From: Podarcis gaigeae
Taxonomy: Eukaryota
Reading direction: 5' to 3' (one strand)
NCBI GenBank assembly: GCA_964106915.2
Contig: OZ066914.1
DNA: 64,000 nucleotides
The translations under genes and the position numbers were made by a program. Numbering within the stretch: position 1 is the first letter of the stretch; each line of letters opens with the position of its first letter. Positions 25,249 to 38,075 of the stretch are shown here, one piece after another. The notes under the pieces were generated by a model that saw only the letters and a list, made by a program, of their open reading frames with translations, had not been told where the DNA came from and made no database searches.

Positions 25249-25776
25249 CAGTAGAGCTTCCATTTTCCAGGTGAGTGTGTGAAAGACTGCATCTTACTTG
25301 CTGTTGGAAGGAAGTTCCATTGAAATAAATGGACTGCACTTCAAAGTAAATGGAATTAAAATTGAATCGTTTATCTTTTTGGTTCCACCAATGATTAACT
25401 CTAATTTTCTTTTTGTAAAAGCAGATACCCCCTTCCCCCCCAACAATTGGTATATTGGCTGTTCTTTAGAAGGTGGGGCTAACTGATGATTCCCAGGTAA
25501 GGTCCTCCCCCTATTGTGTGGGCAGGTGGTCCCTCCCCCCACTTGGCCTGATCACCTTGGCAACGCCTCCCAAGGCGGGATTGGGCAACTGGCTGAGGTA
25601 GGCAGAGACCTCCAGGTATCCCACCTGGAGAAGGCGAAGCCAAGCCTGTGCTAATGGTGCCACATAGGGTCCAGGGGGCTGCGCGCGACCACACAAAGGG
25701 CTTACTTAATGTGGGGAGCGGTCATTCCTAAAGCTGATTTGGTTGGTTATTCATTCTACTAATCAGCATGGACAAT

Positions 25777-25940
25777 GGCTGTGTACATAACAAACATTTA
25801 AAGCAAATCTCCCCCTGAAAGAATCTTGGAAACTGTGGTTTACCCCCAGAACTAAAATTCCCAGCACACTTAACAAACTACAGATCCCACAAATCTTTGG
25901 GGTTGGGAATGTGCTTTCAATGTATGGTGTGTACACAGCC
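25777..25940. mobile_element. MITE with ggctgtgtaca TIRs
   Basis: ggctgtgtaca ... tgtacacagcc termini with internal inverted arms. Confidence 0.6.
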
Positions 25941-26352
25941 CTAAATATCAGAATCTGTCCCTATATAAAAGGAAGAAGCACAGCATGTAGGATAGTAGAG
26001 GAGCGTAACCATTAATTGTTAATCCTCACCAGAACCTACAGAAGAGGAGAAACAAATTAGCTGACTGAAAGTGAAGAAAAGAGCAGTAGTAATTTCACTA
26101 GAGCCTTCAGGCAAACTTTCTTTCTACCACAGTAGAAGTTCAAAAAGAGGTGGGCAGGAGAGAAGAATGGAACCCATATTATAATGTAGTAAGACATGCT
26201 GGAGCAGATTAATCCTAAGGAGAACATTTCCAAACTTTGCCTTCTCAAACCTGTTTCGACAGTATGAAATAGAGCATGCTATGCCTCTGCCACAAGTTTA
26301 AACAATTTTACATTCACATTCTCATTCTCATCATTTGAAAGACAAGCATTAC

Positions 26353-26503
26353 CATGATTCACAGCTCTTTTGTGAAGGCATTTTTTCTCCTGGTTTATAG
26401 TGGTTTCCTTTGCCATCAAAGCAGCCGCATGCTGGAAGATCAACACACTGCATCTCATCTTCATCAAAATAGGGCTTATCAGCTGGACACTTTGGATAGC
26501 AGC
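26353..26503 (-). CDS. MUC5AC: Mucin exon 28 (TIL3/E3)
   Basis: GCYPKCPADKPYFDEDEMQCVDLPACGCFDGKGNHYKPGEKMPSQKSCES; 151 nt. Confidence 0.94.
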
Positions 26504-26591
26504 CTGTGGTAAGAAAGAGAGCTTTTACCATACCCTGTACAAATGTTAGCCTTTAAGCTGATTTTGTGTATGGTGCTGTCACACCATAAAC

Positions 26592-26728
26592 CAGGGATGA
26601 GGAACCTTTGGCCTCCATACATTGTTGGACTCAAGCTCCCATCAGTCATAGCCAGCATGGCCAAGGGTCAAGAATAATGGGAACTGTAGTTCAACAACAT
26701 CTGGAGGGCCACAGGCTGCCCATCCCTG
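26592..26728. mobile_element. Palindromic MITE, same family as 13648
   Basis: TIR cagggatg / catccctg with an internal inverted repeat. Confidence 0.7.
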
Positions 26729-27539
26729 CCATATCTTGATCTCAAGCAACTGTCATTTAGCAAGGCTGGGACTCAGGAGAAGAGGCCATGGATGCAGAGG
26801 GAATCTCTTGACCAAGATTGACCTCAGAACCAGCTTTAGACATTCCTGCCTCCTTGGGTGTTCTAGCATCAAAGGAGCACATGATGCCTGCACCTCTCCA
26901 CCTTGAAGAAGTTGCCTTGTCTTCCTCGAACTCTGGTCTCCAGCTTAGAGGCAAGAACTGAACCTTGGTCTCCCCCAAGCTTCCAAAGTGAATGGCACCT
27001 AGTGGCTGGGCCTCTTTTAACTGTAAGGGCTCTATGCATCAGGGAAGAATTTAGCTTCCCAATCAAAGCAGCAATCCTACTTAAGGCTCAGTCCAGGATA
27101 GTTGGGTGCTGGAACAACAGTCCAGCCTAGATTTCACTTGGAGCTAACTAGGGTTTTACTACTATGTTTGTTTGCTCATCTGCCTTTTTGGACCCCAGCC
27201 TCTGCTTTACTTGACTCTGTTTATCTGGACCTACTCTCTACTTTGCTGGAATGACCTCAGTGGAACCTGATCTGTGTTTTACTTTGCCTGACCCTGATCA
27301 TCACAATCTGACCTTGCCTGGCTGAAACCCAATCTCTGCTTGATCTGGCTTTGCTTCTGGATCCCAGACAGGGACCAGCAGTATGTGACCTTGAATTTTC
27401 TGTGTAGCACATGCCTCCACTGGGCTAGATCCTGTCCCCTGGACTGGGACAGTTTTTATAACAATTAATATAAAATGAAGCTTTTAAGTTTCCTGTAATC
27501 ATCATTTGTAGATCAAGGGTAAGGCTACAATCCTTGTAC

Positions 27540-27668
27540 CTTCCAAGCCTTGTAACTCATGGAGGCATTTTCCACTTGGGTTTCTGCAAGTCTTCATACA
27601 AGGAGAGCCACAAGGCTGGTAGTGCCACTCACACTCATCTTTCGGATTATAGTAATCACAGAACAGAG
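27540..27668 (-). CDS. MUC5AC: Mucin exon 27 (TIL3)
   Basis: PLFCDYYNPKDECEWHYQPCGSPCMKTCRNPSGKCLHELQGLE; 129 nt. Confidence 0.95.
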
Positions 27669-27943
27669 CTGCAGAAGGAGGAAAGGGTTTTTTTAAATGT
27701 TACTTTCAAGCAAAATGCATTAATTTCATAGAACTCAATACCTATCATTGCACTGTATGCCAGTCATTTCTCATTTCTATGTTCAGTGGTAAGCAATATT
27801 AGTTGCTTGTTTTTCCAGTGTCATTATTCACTTCACCAGTCAGGAACACCATCAAATGAATTTTGTGAGCAGGGATGTCAGGAGCAGACCCAGTTACCCT
27901 CCTGCTACATCTTCTCCCCAGCTGGTAGGAGGTAGGATCAGAG

Positions 27944-28324
27944 ATCATAGAATCATAGAATCATAGAGTTGGAAGAGACCACAAGGGCCATCGAGTCCAA
28001 CCCCCTGCCAAGCAGGAAACACCATCAGAGCACTCCTGACATATGGTTGTCAAGCCTCTGCTTAAAGACCTCCAAAGAAGGAGACTCCACCACACTCCTT
28101 GGCAGCAAATTCCACTGTCGAACAGCTCTTACTGTCAGGAGGTTCTTCCTAATGTTTAGGTGGAATCTTTTTTCTTGTAGTTTGGAACCATTGCTCCATG
28201 TCCGCTTCTCTGGAGCAGCAGAAAACAACCTTTCTCCCTCCTCTATGTGACATCCTTTTATATATTTGAACATGGCTATCATATCACCCCTTAACCTCCT
28301 CTTCTCCAGGCTAAACATGCCCAG
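27944..28324 (-). mobile_element. CR1 LINE 3' fragment
   Basis: ORF2 C-terminus LGMFSLEKRRLRGDMIAMFKYIKG...WNLLPRSVVESPSLEVFKQRLD and an (ATTCTATG)n tail. Confidence 0.92.
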
Positions 28325-28974
28325 ATGTTGGACTGGGTGGATCACAGGTAGGATTGGGTGGTGAATGCTGGGCCTGGTGAATGGCTACGCTCCCTCTGCC
28401 AAAATATAAAAGATCTATGGTCTTCTAAACGTGTTACTGGGGGTTTTTTTTGTTATTATGTTATGTATTCTGCATTTTGTACTGTAAACCGCCCTGTGAT
28501 CTTAGGATGAAGGGCAGTATATAAATTTAATAAATAACAAGGCAGGCAGCTAGTAGCAGCAGTAGTACTTGTTCCAGGAAAAGTCTTCCCATTTTCCTTG
28601 ACCTCATGATCACAGGCAGCTATGGACTGACAGCACGAGAGACAGTAAGGAGGGGATTAGACAGTAAGGAGGGGATATGCTGAGATTTAGCACATTCTGA
28701 AGACATTTAGCTCTTGCAAAGTTAGGATAAATTCAAATGTTCATGATATGAATGTGACAAGCAGGAATCATGTTGTGATCGCGTTACTGCATTCAAAATG
28801 AATGCAGAAATTGGATTACAAAAATATGCAAACGTTCAGCAATGCTCCAACCTACTGTGTGCCATCCTACCACATACCATATATGGTGCTACAAATATAG
28901 AAACGTTAGCCTACTCCTTGTTCTCACTAACCTATCTTTTTGTTATTACTTTAAAAGGAATGGGCAATACTCAC

Positions 28975-29131
28975 GGCAGATGTTTGGAGTTCTCCAAGAA
29001 ATGCAACTGCCAGCTTCATTGCACGCCTGAGCATAGGCGGCTACAGCAGTACAGAAGCATTCACAGTCTCCACCAGTGTCACAAGCACAGGCATCAGAGA
29101 TGCAGGCTTCATAATATTTAGTTGGTTCAAC
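28975..29131 (-). CDS. MUC5AC: Mucin exon 26 (C8-3)
   Basis: VEPTKYYEACISDACACDTGGDCECFCTAVAAYAQACNEAGSCISWRTPNIC; 157 nt. Confidence 0.96.
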
Positions 29132-29748
29132 CTGTTAGAGAAGGAATACACATGGTTTGATTTGTGGTTCAGTCTTAGCAGGCCATGGTCAGAGAGGGAG
29201 GGTGCATTTTCTGATTTTTTTCAATTACAGTTCTTGTTTCTCCGACAAAGTCAGCATGGAAAATTTGTGACATCAGTCATTGTTTTTATTTTCAAGTTGC
29301 ACATTTTGTTACAGCAACAGAATTGCATGCAGAGGCAATTTGTTGTTAATAATAAACATGAATGCTTCCGAAACGTCAAGCAGACGTGAAAAGGTTATGT
29401 ATCATCTACCATTAGTAATTGTCAAGGAAGTAATTTGTCATTGAAGCAAAGGGTATTTTTATGCATCCACTGAGGAAAAAGTAAAATTGGTTGGCAACCC
29501 CCTAAATATTAACTATCTATTAAATGTGTTAATATCAGGCATTTACTACGCTGGGGAGCCTAACCAATCTGGGGCTCACATTTAACTTTTTCTTATCTGA
29601 ATTATCAGCTGACAGAATGACAACACATTTTTATGTTGCTCTTATGCAGTGGTTGGTACAGCCTGTCCCAAGTGCAGGCACATCTAGTCTTAAGCTTGGA
29701 GCTGTTCAAGTGTCCTATACATTCTTTTAAAAATGCATTTGCCCATAC

Positions 29749-29988
29749 CTGAGAGTGGCAGGAAGCAAACACTTTGCTGTTAATGATGCTACATTGCTTC
29801 TGGGCCCAAGAACTCCTATATGGGTTTGTAGAACAAGGGTCTCTGCTGCCTGGGGCATCTGGGCAAGTGGGAGACACCTTCCAGCTGTTACCAAACTCTA
29901 GTACGTCTCCTACAACAGACTGGCTCCTGGTGGTGAAGTCGTTTATGTCATTGCCATCATAGTTTCCACAGAGGCCACAAACTTGACC
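29749..29988 (-). CDS. MUC5AC: Mucin exon 25 (VWD3/C8-3)
   Basis: GQVCGLCGNYDGNDINDFTTRSQSVVGDVLEFGNSWK...FASCHSQ; 240 nt. Confidence 0.96.
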
Positions 29989-31463
29989 CTGCAGAGAGAC
30001 AAGCACAAGTTAATGAGGAGTAGAAAATTTATTTTCCTGGGATTAGAGACCCTGCATTTTCAAAATGGAATAATACTTTGGTTATTTATAGTGACTGTCA
30101 TACTTTGTGGGCTCTCCCACTCACAAGGACTTTTTAGTTAATTTCTGCAGAGGAAGCTGATCAGCATGTACATGCATGGATAGATTGACTGTCCCCATTA
30201 CATGAACTAATAATTTCAAGTGCTCAGAGACCCTATGTACACATCAAACACATGCAGTACACTGAATTAGCACACCTATTTAAGCATAGCCTCATAACAT
30301 ATAAAGCATATTAAAAGTTATATTTTAGGCTTCTACAAGAACAATTGCTCCAACAGTTGCTTTTTTTAGCAGAAAAAATGGCATAGCCTGATTCCCCACC
30401 CTGATTCTTTAAAAAATACTGCTTACCATAATTACAAATAAAAAAAACATAAACTTGAGTGATTTGTTTCTGCATCATTAGGGAGTCCTTGAGAGCAGAG
30501 GTGGTAATCTCCTTGGGTTTGATTCATTCACCCTTGGGTCAACCCTCCTAAGGCTGCATTGCAGTGATGGATGGGACCAAAAGTAGATGCAGCCCCTGCA
30601 CGTTCTCTCTCTTTCTCATACACAGGCACACAAGGGAATTATTACCACTCACTTTCCTGTGTATCAAATGATCAATTTGATGACCAGAGGAAGGACAGTT
30701 TCCATCACTATCAGGATGTTGTGCTTGTCCAATTTGAGATGGCCAGCATTTACATATGAATGTGAATGTCAACCCTAACTATATTTTGGATATTGACAAT
30801 CACAGCATATATTTTGCTGCATTATTATGAAAAAACAAATGAACCTTTATATACTATCACAGTGGTAACCAACATAGTGCCCCTAAGATGTTGTTGAACT
30901 ACAACTCCCATCAACCCCAGGCAGCATGGGCAATGGTCAGGGATGATGTCGGGCACCATGTTGTCTATCACTGTCCTGTAACCAGTCCTGTGCACATTGA
31001 TCATGCAAGAAAAAATAGTTCTGCGATAGAAATGATAGCTAGAATGTAAAGAGAGCCACGCTGGATCTGGCTGATACGGTCTAGCATTCTTTTCTCACAA
31101 GGGCCATCCAGATGCCCATGGGAAGCCCACCATGAGATCACATAAAGAATAATCAATAGCAATTTCTGGAGTCATACTTCATCACAATATGAAGTTAGTA
31201 CATTGTCTTGTACTTTGTTCTTAATGTGACCAGTTTCTCATTACTATCAATAGTTCTTCATACAGACAAAGAATCTATGTTAAACTACTATGAAGAGGTC
31301 AAGTAAGGGGATTCATCTGATAAATCAACTGACTGGACTATTTAAATGCTAACATTAGCTCTTAATGTTTGTCCTTTACAGAATTTCCTGGAAGAATGTT
31401 GTAGCACTTCTCTTTCATTACACACACGCCCCTATATAATCTGATCTGGCATCCTCAGCATAC

Positions 31464-31646
31464 CTTAAATTCGTCATTGAGTTTGATGAACATACTGGTT
31501 TTCTTGTCCCACAACAGGACCAGTCCAGCTGTGGTGTCAATCACCATGTAGATTCCCATGTAGCGGACCTTGAATGGCACTTCACCTCCTCCAGAAAGCC
31601 TCTGTACCACTGTAAATTTTTCATCAGCGAGTATCAGCTCATAGTT
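31464..31646 (-). CDS. MUC5AC: Mucin exon 24 (VWD3)
   Basis: NYELILADEKF...GLVLLWDKKTSMFIKLNDEFK; 183 nt. Confidence 0.95.
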
Positions 31647-31789
31647 CTGAAAGATGAAAAGCAACAATAAGTTGTAATTCAGCAGCTTCTCTTTCAAGTA
31701 ATTACAACTTATTACTAAACTGAAAATTATGGAGAGACCTGGTCTGAACAGAGATATTGGATTCTTGTCTCATTATGCATGCTAAAGCT

Positions 31790-32090
31790 ATTTTTGGTCC
31801 TCTGCATACTATCCTTTGCTTTTTCCTGTGGGACTAATTCCAGTCGTTAACAGTGTCAGCAGGTTTACCATACCCATCGAGTCAATCACCCATCTCCTAC
31901 TACCCTTCTAAAAAAAACCACCCCACCTTCCCACTATATATAAGGGTCTTCTGTTTCAGTGTATCTGAAGAAGTGTGCATACACACAAAAGCTTATACCC
32001 AAAACAAACTTAGTTGGACTCTAAGGTGCTACTGGACAATTTTTTATTTTTTTATTTCGACTACATCAGACCAACACGGCTACCTACCTT
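31790..32090 (+). mobile_element. Penelope-like element terminal repeat remnant with a degenerate hammerhead motif
   Basis: ctgaagaagtgtgcatacacacaaaagcttatac...ttagttggactctaaggtgct...cagaccaacacggcta, the pattern of reptile PLE repeats. Confidence 0.7.
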
Positions 32091-32204
32091 TACAACTTAG
32101 TTACTTTGCACTCCATGATTTCCCCATTTGTATATTTAATATAACCCAGTTCTGTCCAGGTGCACAAGTCATATTTTGCGTTCATCTTGCGTGAACCTAC
32201 TTAC

Positions 32205-32318
32205 CCCCATGAAGACTTTAATGGCTTTTGAGCAGGTTGTTCCGGTGGTGCCACAGGGGATGTTCTCCGTGATCACTCTGAAAGTCCCTGCATTTGAATT
32301 GTTTTTACCGCAATGATC
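32205..32318 (-). CDS. MUC5AC: Mucin exon 23 (VWD3)
   Basis: DHCGKNNSNAGTFRVITENIPCGTTGTTCSKAIKVFMG; 114 nt. Confidence 0.95.
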
Positions 32319-32424
32319 CTGTGGAGAAGAGGGTTATATGGTGTTCATGAACACAGCTTGCCATATTAAGACTAAAGACTCTGCATTTCAAAAAAGCAAG
32401 TGCTTGGGGAGAAAAGTATTATAC

Positions 32425-32563
32425 CTGGACCAGTGTGTATTCACAGTCTCCACTGAAGCTATAGCGTTTGCCATCAAAAGTGATGTAATGACCATCTCCA
32501 TAAACAGAGCATGTTGCCAGGCAGGGTTCAGTGGAGCACTCCCACTTTCTGTTCTTACATGTA
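32425..32563 (-). CDS. MUC5AC: Mucin exon 22 (E'/VWD3 start)
   Basis: [46 protein letters not shown]; 139 nt. Confidence 0.95.
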
Positions 32564-32681
32564 CTGCACAGACAGAAATATGGTTAAATTTCACAGTGGC
32601 AGGGTTTGTTTGATCCCCCCCCCCCCATTTAGATGGAAGAGTTCAATACTTTTAGTACAGCTTATAACAGGCGATACGTAC

Positions 32682-32833
32682 CAAGTATTACATTTCACCT
32701 TGATGCTGTCCCCTGGCTTGTATGTGGCTTCATTGTGAATGCATGGACACTCTTCAGCAGCTACACACCCACCTTGGCCATCGGACACCAACTCCTTGGG
32801 ACACATGCAGCCAGAGACGCACTGTGTGCTGTA
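32682..32833 (-). CDS. MUC5AC: Mucin exon 21 (TIL'/E')
   Basis: YSTQCVSGCMCPKELVSDGQGGCVAAEECPCIHNEATYKPGDSIKVKCNT; 152 nt. Confidence 0.95.
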
Positions 32834-33439
32834 CTGTAACAGAAGATAAGGCAGCAAAAGATGTTACTTGACAAACCAATAGGTGAGAAACAAAAGTGAC
32901 TAAGATACTAGACAGAGTGAAATCAGTATCTGTCTCCAGTGGTGCGTTACCAATGAAGAGTCAATTAATTAGCAAGCTATGCAAAACTGCTTCAAGTTTA
33001 CTTTTTCAGAGGAGTTTAGGTGTGGAGAACTTTTCTTGAACTCTTTGAGAGAATGTTATTATAAATCACTAGATTGTGACTTGGTATATTGATACCCTTG
33101 ATTTTTAAAAAAATGTTGGGTGTCCCTTGATTTTTTTAAAAAAAATAATGTTGCGTGTAAGAGTATTCACAAGTCATAACATGGTGGTTAAACTGGTTTA
33201 CCATGCCCTGCGCCTCCCTGTCTCTACCCACCTTCTGATGGGTTCTGTAGGCTAGCTTTCGTCATTGCCTCTGATCACCCATCAGCATGACTCCTATTTT
33301 GTAACAGGAGACCATGATGAATGCTGAGCGGTGCTGACAGTTTCATAAATTCAGGAAATAAGTGATCATGGGAACAATGTAATACATACGTTGAACAGGT
33401 AATTTAGATAAGAAATGGTTACAATGTAGTCACACTTAC

Positions 33440-33540
33440 GCATCCCATGTCAAGGGTCTGACAGCTCTTCTGACACTCGGCTCCAGTGGCTCCTACTGTG
33501 GCATTAGTGCAGTCAAAGTAGACCATGGGAGCAAAACATT
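33440..33540 (-). CDS. MUC5AC: Mucin exon 20 (TIL')
   Basis: ECFAPMVYFDCTNATVGATGAECQKSCQTLDMGC; 101 nt. Confidence 0.94.
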
Positions 33541-33927
33541 CTGGTAGAAAGGAGAGCTAGGTGAAATCTCAGTTTGAAATTAGACATTAATCACCAAAAC
33601 AGTGAGTGTATGTCATGAAAACTAATTCAGGGCACACCATTATCAACACTTCACTTAAAAACACACATAAAAGTCTTTGTACAACGACAACATTATACCT
33701 TCACTGCCAATTTTAAGACAGAGCATGGTGGCTATCTTGGCTATGGTGCTTAGCAGATAATAGAAACTTGCATCACTCAAGGTTGTAAAACAACTCCACA
33801 TCTGTACATTGGAGTGAGCCTATTGGATATTTTCAACCAATTTTCGGAGGACTCAAAGTCCAATGGAATATTTCAGTTTTACAAGGTCTCTGGAACTACT
33901 ATTATCTTTTTCTGTGATTTGGCTTAC

Positions 33928-33980
33928 CTGGTTGTGGTTTCACTTCTCCAATGCACTGAAGCTTTCCCTGTGTGCAAGTG
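33928..33980 (-). CDS. MUC5AC: Mucin exon 19 (E2)
   Basis: TCTQGKLQCIGEVKPQP; 53 nt. Confidence 0.9.
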
Positions 33981-34317
33981 CTGCAAGAGATGAAGAATGT
34001 TTCTTACTTAAAAATTGAACCAGTTTTATGAAGAGCAGTTGTTCTTGACTGGCTAAAGGACAGCAACAACAAATCCTTCACGGTGTGGAATGCTGAATTG
34101 TCACCTTGTGACCAAAAGGAAAATGTTTCCCTTAAAATAGCCTGTTAAAATGCTTTAAGAATTCCTCCTTGGTGGATCTGGACTGGGGTGAGGCATTTTT
34201 ATCAGGAGTGGACAGACCTCAGAGATCCACAGGGCACCTGTGGTGCTGTTGCCAGTCTCAAGTTCTCTCCTCACCCTCCACCAGCCATTACTAGAAAGCC
34301 CGTTTTTAACAGATGCA

Positions 34318-34650
34318 AAAGTTTAATGGTGGGAGATATAGACAAAGGGAAGCACAAAGCATAGTTAAACTGTGGAATTAATTACCAGATAACATAGTGA
34401 TGGTTCACAACTTGGAAGGCATTACAAGAGGATTAGACAAATTCATGGAGGACAAGGCCACCCACAGTCATGATGTCTTTATATTGCCTCCAGTATTGCC
34501 TCTGAATAATGTTGCTAATGAGCATGAGCTGGGTTGCTATTGCATTCATAAGTTGCTTGTGAGCTTTGCACAGGCTTCTGGTTGGCCATTATGAGAATAA
34601 GATGTTGAACTAGGCAGGCCTTTGGTCTGATCCAGCTGGGCTCCTATATT
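34318..34650 (+). mobile_element. Degraded CR1-like LINE 3' end; related 3' pieces at ~31045-31130 (-) and ~51860-51950 (+)
   Basis: gaggattagacaaattcatggagga (RGLDKFME) followed by a ggccattatgagaataagatgttgaactag...ctgatccagc tail shared with the other copies. Confidence 0.6.
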
Positions 34651-34870
34651 TTTCTCATATGAATAAGAAACTTTGGGGCATTTAGAAATGTGTCACAAAG
34701 GCACCTAATATCTAAGCACCAGACATTACAAAATTAAATTGACTGAATCTTCCAAAAAACAAAATTTAAAAAATTATAATTAAGGGCAGCTTAGAAGCAT
34801 GGTTCTATGGAAGGAAATTTTGGCTATTCCCATCACCTCACAACAATGCTTATTTCAAACCATCACTTAC

Positions 34871-35123
34871 CATATGACACCATTTTCATGAATAACTTCT
34901 CCAGACAGTAGAGGAGTCCCTTTGTAGTAGCAGGGGCAGCTGGTAGCAGGTACACATTTGCCGCTCTCATCCATATACATCCCTTCTTCGCAGGTGCATC
35001 CATCCACGGAGGTAAACTTAATGTTGCAAGTGACATCAGGCTCACTCAGAGATCGGCAGGTGGGTTGGCAGGAAGTAATGTTGTAACGGTAAACCAGGGT
35101 TTTGGGACACATTTGGTATTTGG
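34871..35123 (-). CDS. MUC5AC: Mucin exon 18 (TIL2/E2)
   Basis: KYQMCPKTLVYRYNITSCQPTCRSLSEPDVTC...VIHENGVI; 253 nt; AAG acceptor after a pyrimidine tract. Confidence 0.92.
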
Positions 35124-36712
35124 CTTGAGAGAGGGAAAAGAAAAGAAGTTGTTCCAGAGGTTATCTAAGGGCTACTGTGGCTATAAATTACTAGACATCG
35201 CAGGGTACAATGTATACTCAAAAACATTGGCTGTGTGTGTTTAGATGCATATCTGTATATCTAGATGATGGGCTCTAGTCCCAGAGGCTGGAGAAGCTTA
35301 GGATGTCTGCCTCAGCATCCAGGTGTGATGGGATGTTCTGGGTACAGTGACGTATGCTGCTTTGTGCATAAAGACTGTATGAACGATTGCCTGGGTGCCT
35401 TGAATTAAATTTAACTTGCAGAAGGGAAGTTACTATCTTGTATGGGTTTATGAAAAGGAGCCTGTTCAAAACGTGACTAATCCATGTAATTTATTGGCCT
35501 TTGAATCAAGCTATGTGATTCCAGATTCATCTTTAAATCACAGCTTTGAAAACTACTCATTTGATAGTTTGTGTGTTTTTCTATCTTTTCCAAAAAATAT
35601 GTATTTTACTCCTAATTTCTAATCCAGTGCTGTCAAGAATTCTTTGGTGTAACTAGAGAGAGAAACTAGCACATGCTCCATTATTCACATAAGACTGTGA
35701 AGTTTTTTGGTTGTGATTTGCCTCCCCATGGCAAACAATAACTTTATTTCCTTCTGAACTTTCTGCAGCTCCCGTAAGCCTCATCTGTATCTGCTCACCA
35801 GATTAAGACTTTCAGGAAACTACTGGCACCACTTTGGAGTTGTCACACAAACAAAGCATAGATGCTTCAAATTCCTTCAAAATCTCGTCCAGGATAATTT
35901 TGAAACTACAGCTGCTACTAACTGGCAAAGATCGGGTCCACATAAAAACCACCTCCTTGAAATGAGTTGTTTTGATTCATCAGTATTTCAGGCTGTGGAG
36001 GGGATCAAAATGATCTTGAGAGGGAGCAAATTGAACCAGGTGGCCTTGTTCTGATGTGCAGCTGGGGAAATTCAAAATGGCAGCCAACAAAAAAAACCTG
36101 CCTTCTTTGCCACTTACTAGCAGGCAGCAGTTGAATTTCTATAGAAAAAAACACACATCTACAGATGAGCAGATGTTTCTCTCTAGCAGCTCATTTTATT
36201 TGAGAGATGCAGTGGCTGAAGCAGATAAAGTCACAAAAATGAAGTGGTGTTCTAAACAACTGCAGTATATTTTTAAACCCAAAATGCCAAGACTACTTTT
36301 TTAAAACATTTGGGTTTCTTTCTTCTTTCTTCTTTTTAAAAAAGATTCAGTTATAATATGCATTGTTACATTATGTATTATGCACCCTGCACCATCCCCA
36401 AACCTGTTCTTGAGGGTTGGGGGAACTCCAAGAACACATTTACGGGGTGTCCAGGCAGGGTGGGGAGAGAAAAGAGAAGAACTTTCCATCTTGCGCTGAC
36501 AGAGATTCACTTAGCACCATGTTGGATACTTAAAAGTAAGCTCCATTAATTTCATTGAGACTTACTACTAAGAAAACTTGCAAAATAATTCAGCGACACT
36601 GAAAAAAATCCAAAAATGTGGGGTTGAATCATGGTTTGGAGTTCTATTTGAAACACTTTGACAATCTCCTCTGGTCACTTGCTTTTTGGTTTACAAAATC
36701 CTCATAACTTAC

Positions 36713-36839
36713 TACAGATGCTGGTTCTCCATCCGCTCAGCAGCACTCCCTTTGCAGCACAGGCTCTGACATAGGAGGAAAGGGCAGCGCACATACAGTC
36801 CTCACTCCTTTCACAATTGCAGGTATCAAACATACAGGT
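36713..36839 (-). CDS. MUC5AC: Mucin exon 17 (C8-2)
   Basis: TCMFDTCNCERSEDCMCAALSSYVRACAAKGVLLSGWRTSIC; 127 nt. Confidence 0.95.
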
Positions 36840-37288
36840 CTAGGGAGACAGAGAATAGCCATTAATATTAACTCCCCCCCTTCAGGGACATTTGCTCTTA
36901 AACCTTCACATGAAGAACTCATCTATGAATTTAATCTAAAAATATGTCTTTATATTTCACATTGCTTGCTTTAAACTACTGAGGACCTGGGAGTTTCCTG
37001 AGAACCAGCTGCTTAAATGTTAACCTTTGTCTCAGAAGTTGGCAAACTACATGGCCAACCACACAGAGTGGAATGAGGAGATGTTTATATTTAGTAGTGA
37101 AGCGAGAAATGAATATGTAGGATAACATGATATGGGGATTGATAATATACATTAATGACAGAAAGTTTGGCAGAGAGTATACTGAAGCCCTGACATTGTT
37201 TATCCACTCTAACAGGTTTAATTCCCACCCCCAGGAGTTATGTTCAGATTCTCATTGGCACTTCAAAGAAAGAGAATGTACAAAGTAC

Positions 37289-37383
37289 CGTGTGGAAAAC
37301 AGTAGGATCTACTGCAGAGTGGCACTTCTGAAAGGGTCCATTGCTGTCCGTCAGCAGGCCGCACCAGTGCGAAGCATATTTTT
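37289..37383 (-). CDS. MUC5AC: Mucin exon 16 (C8-2)
   Basis: EKYASHWCGLLTDSNGPFQKCHSAVDPTVFHT; 95 nt. Confidence 0.93.
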
Positions 37384-37884
37384 CTGTACAAGACAAAGGG
37401 CAATGTGGTTTTATACATATTACTGCAGAGATGGGCAATGTGTTTCAGCCCAAGGAACACATTCCCTTCTGTGCAGCCTCTCAGGGACCTTACGCCAGTG
37501 GTGGGCAGGGCAGAGCTACAAACTTCACCTTTGTACAATAGTCTAGTTCCTTCAGACTCATGCATCCCTCTATATCCACCACCCAAGCATGTAAGAATCA
37601 CTATCAGAGTTCGAGAACCTATTCCAGCCAGTCAATGAGAGAAAATACTGTATTAGAACTTGCTCTCATTGTTAACTGTATCTTTCTGCCTTCCTTCTGC
37701 ATCATACAGCTGTGCTTGCTTGCTCAAGTCACCTATAATCTGCTTTAACCCGTCATCTTTTGTCTGTCGTGCCATTTTTCTCTGCTGTCTTAATACACCA
37801 TGATCTGGATAATGTGGAATAGTCTGCAATGATTGTTCCAGCTGTACAAAGCCTTTTTCTCTTACGGGGAGCCATTGTCATCTG

Positions 37885-38075
37885 AGAGCCAGTGTGGCAT
37901 AGAGCAACAAACTATGACTTAGAGAGTGTGTGTTGGACTCACCCACCCAGCTTTTAAGATCCCTAGGTGTCCAAAAACCAGTTACATTCTCTCAGACAAG
38001 CTTACCTCACAGGGTTGTTGTGAGGATAAAATGGGAGGGAGAAGAATTAGGATGCTGCATGAAGGAAGGGTGGAA
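37885..38075 (+). mobile_element. MIR/CORE-like SINE remnant
   Basis: tacctcacagggttgttgtgaggataaaatg core motif. Confidence 0.55.

Noticed and set aside
25482-25500. CTGATGA hammerhead-like core
   Set aside because: No stem II followed by GAAA downstream.
28640-28677. Small intronic direct duplications (19 bp here; others near 24145, 33095, 6700)
   Set aside because: Ordinary slippage duplications with no splice or coding consequence visible.
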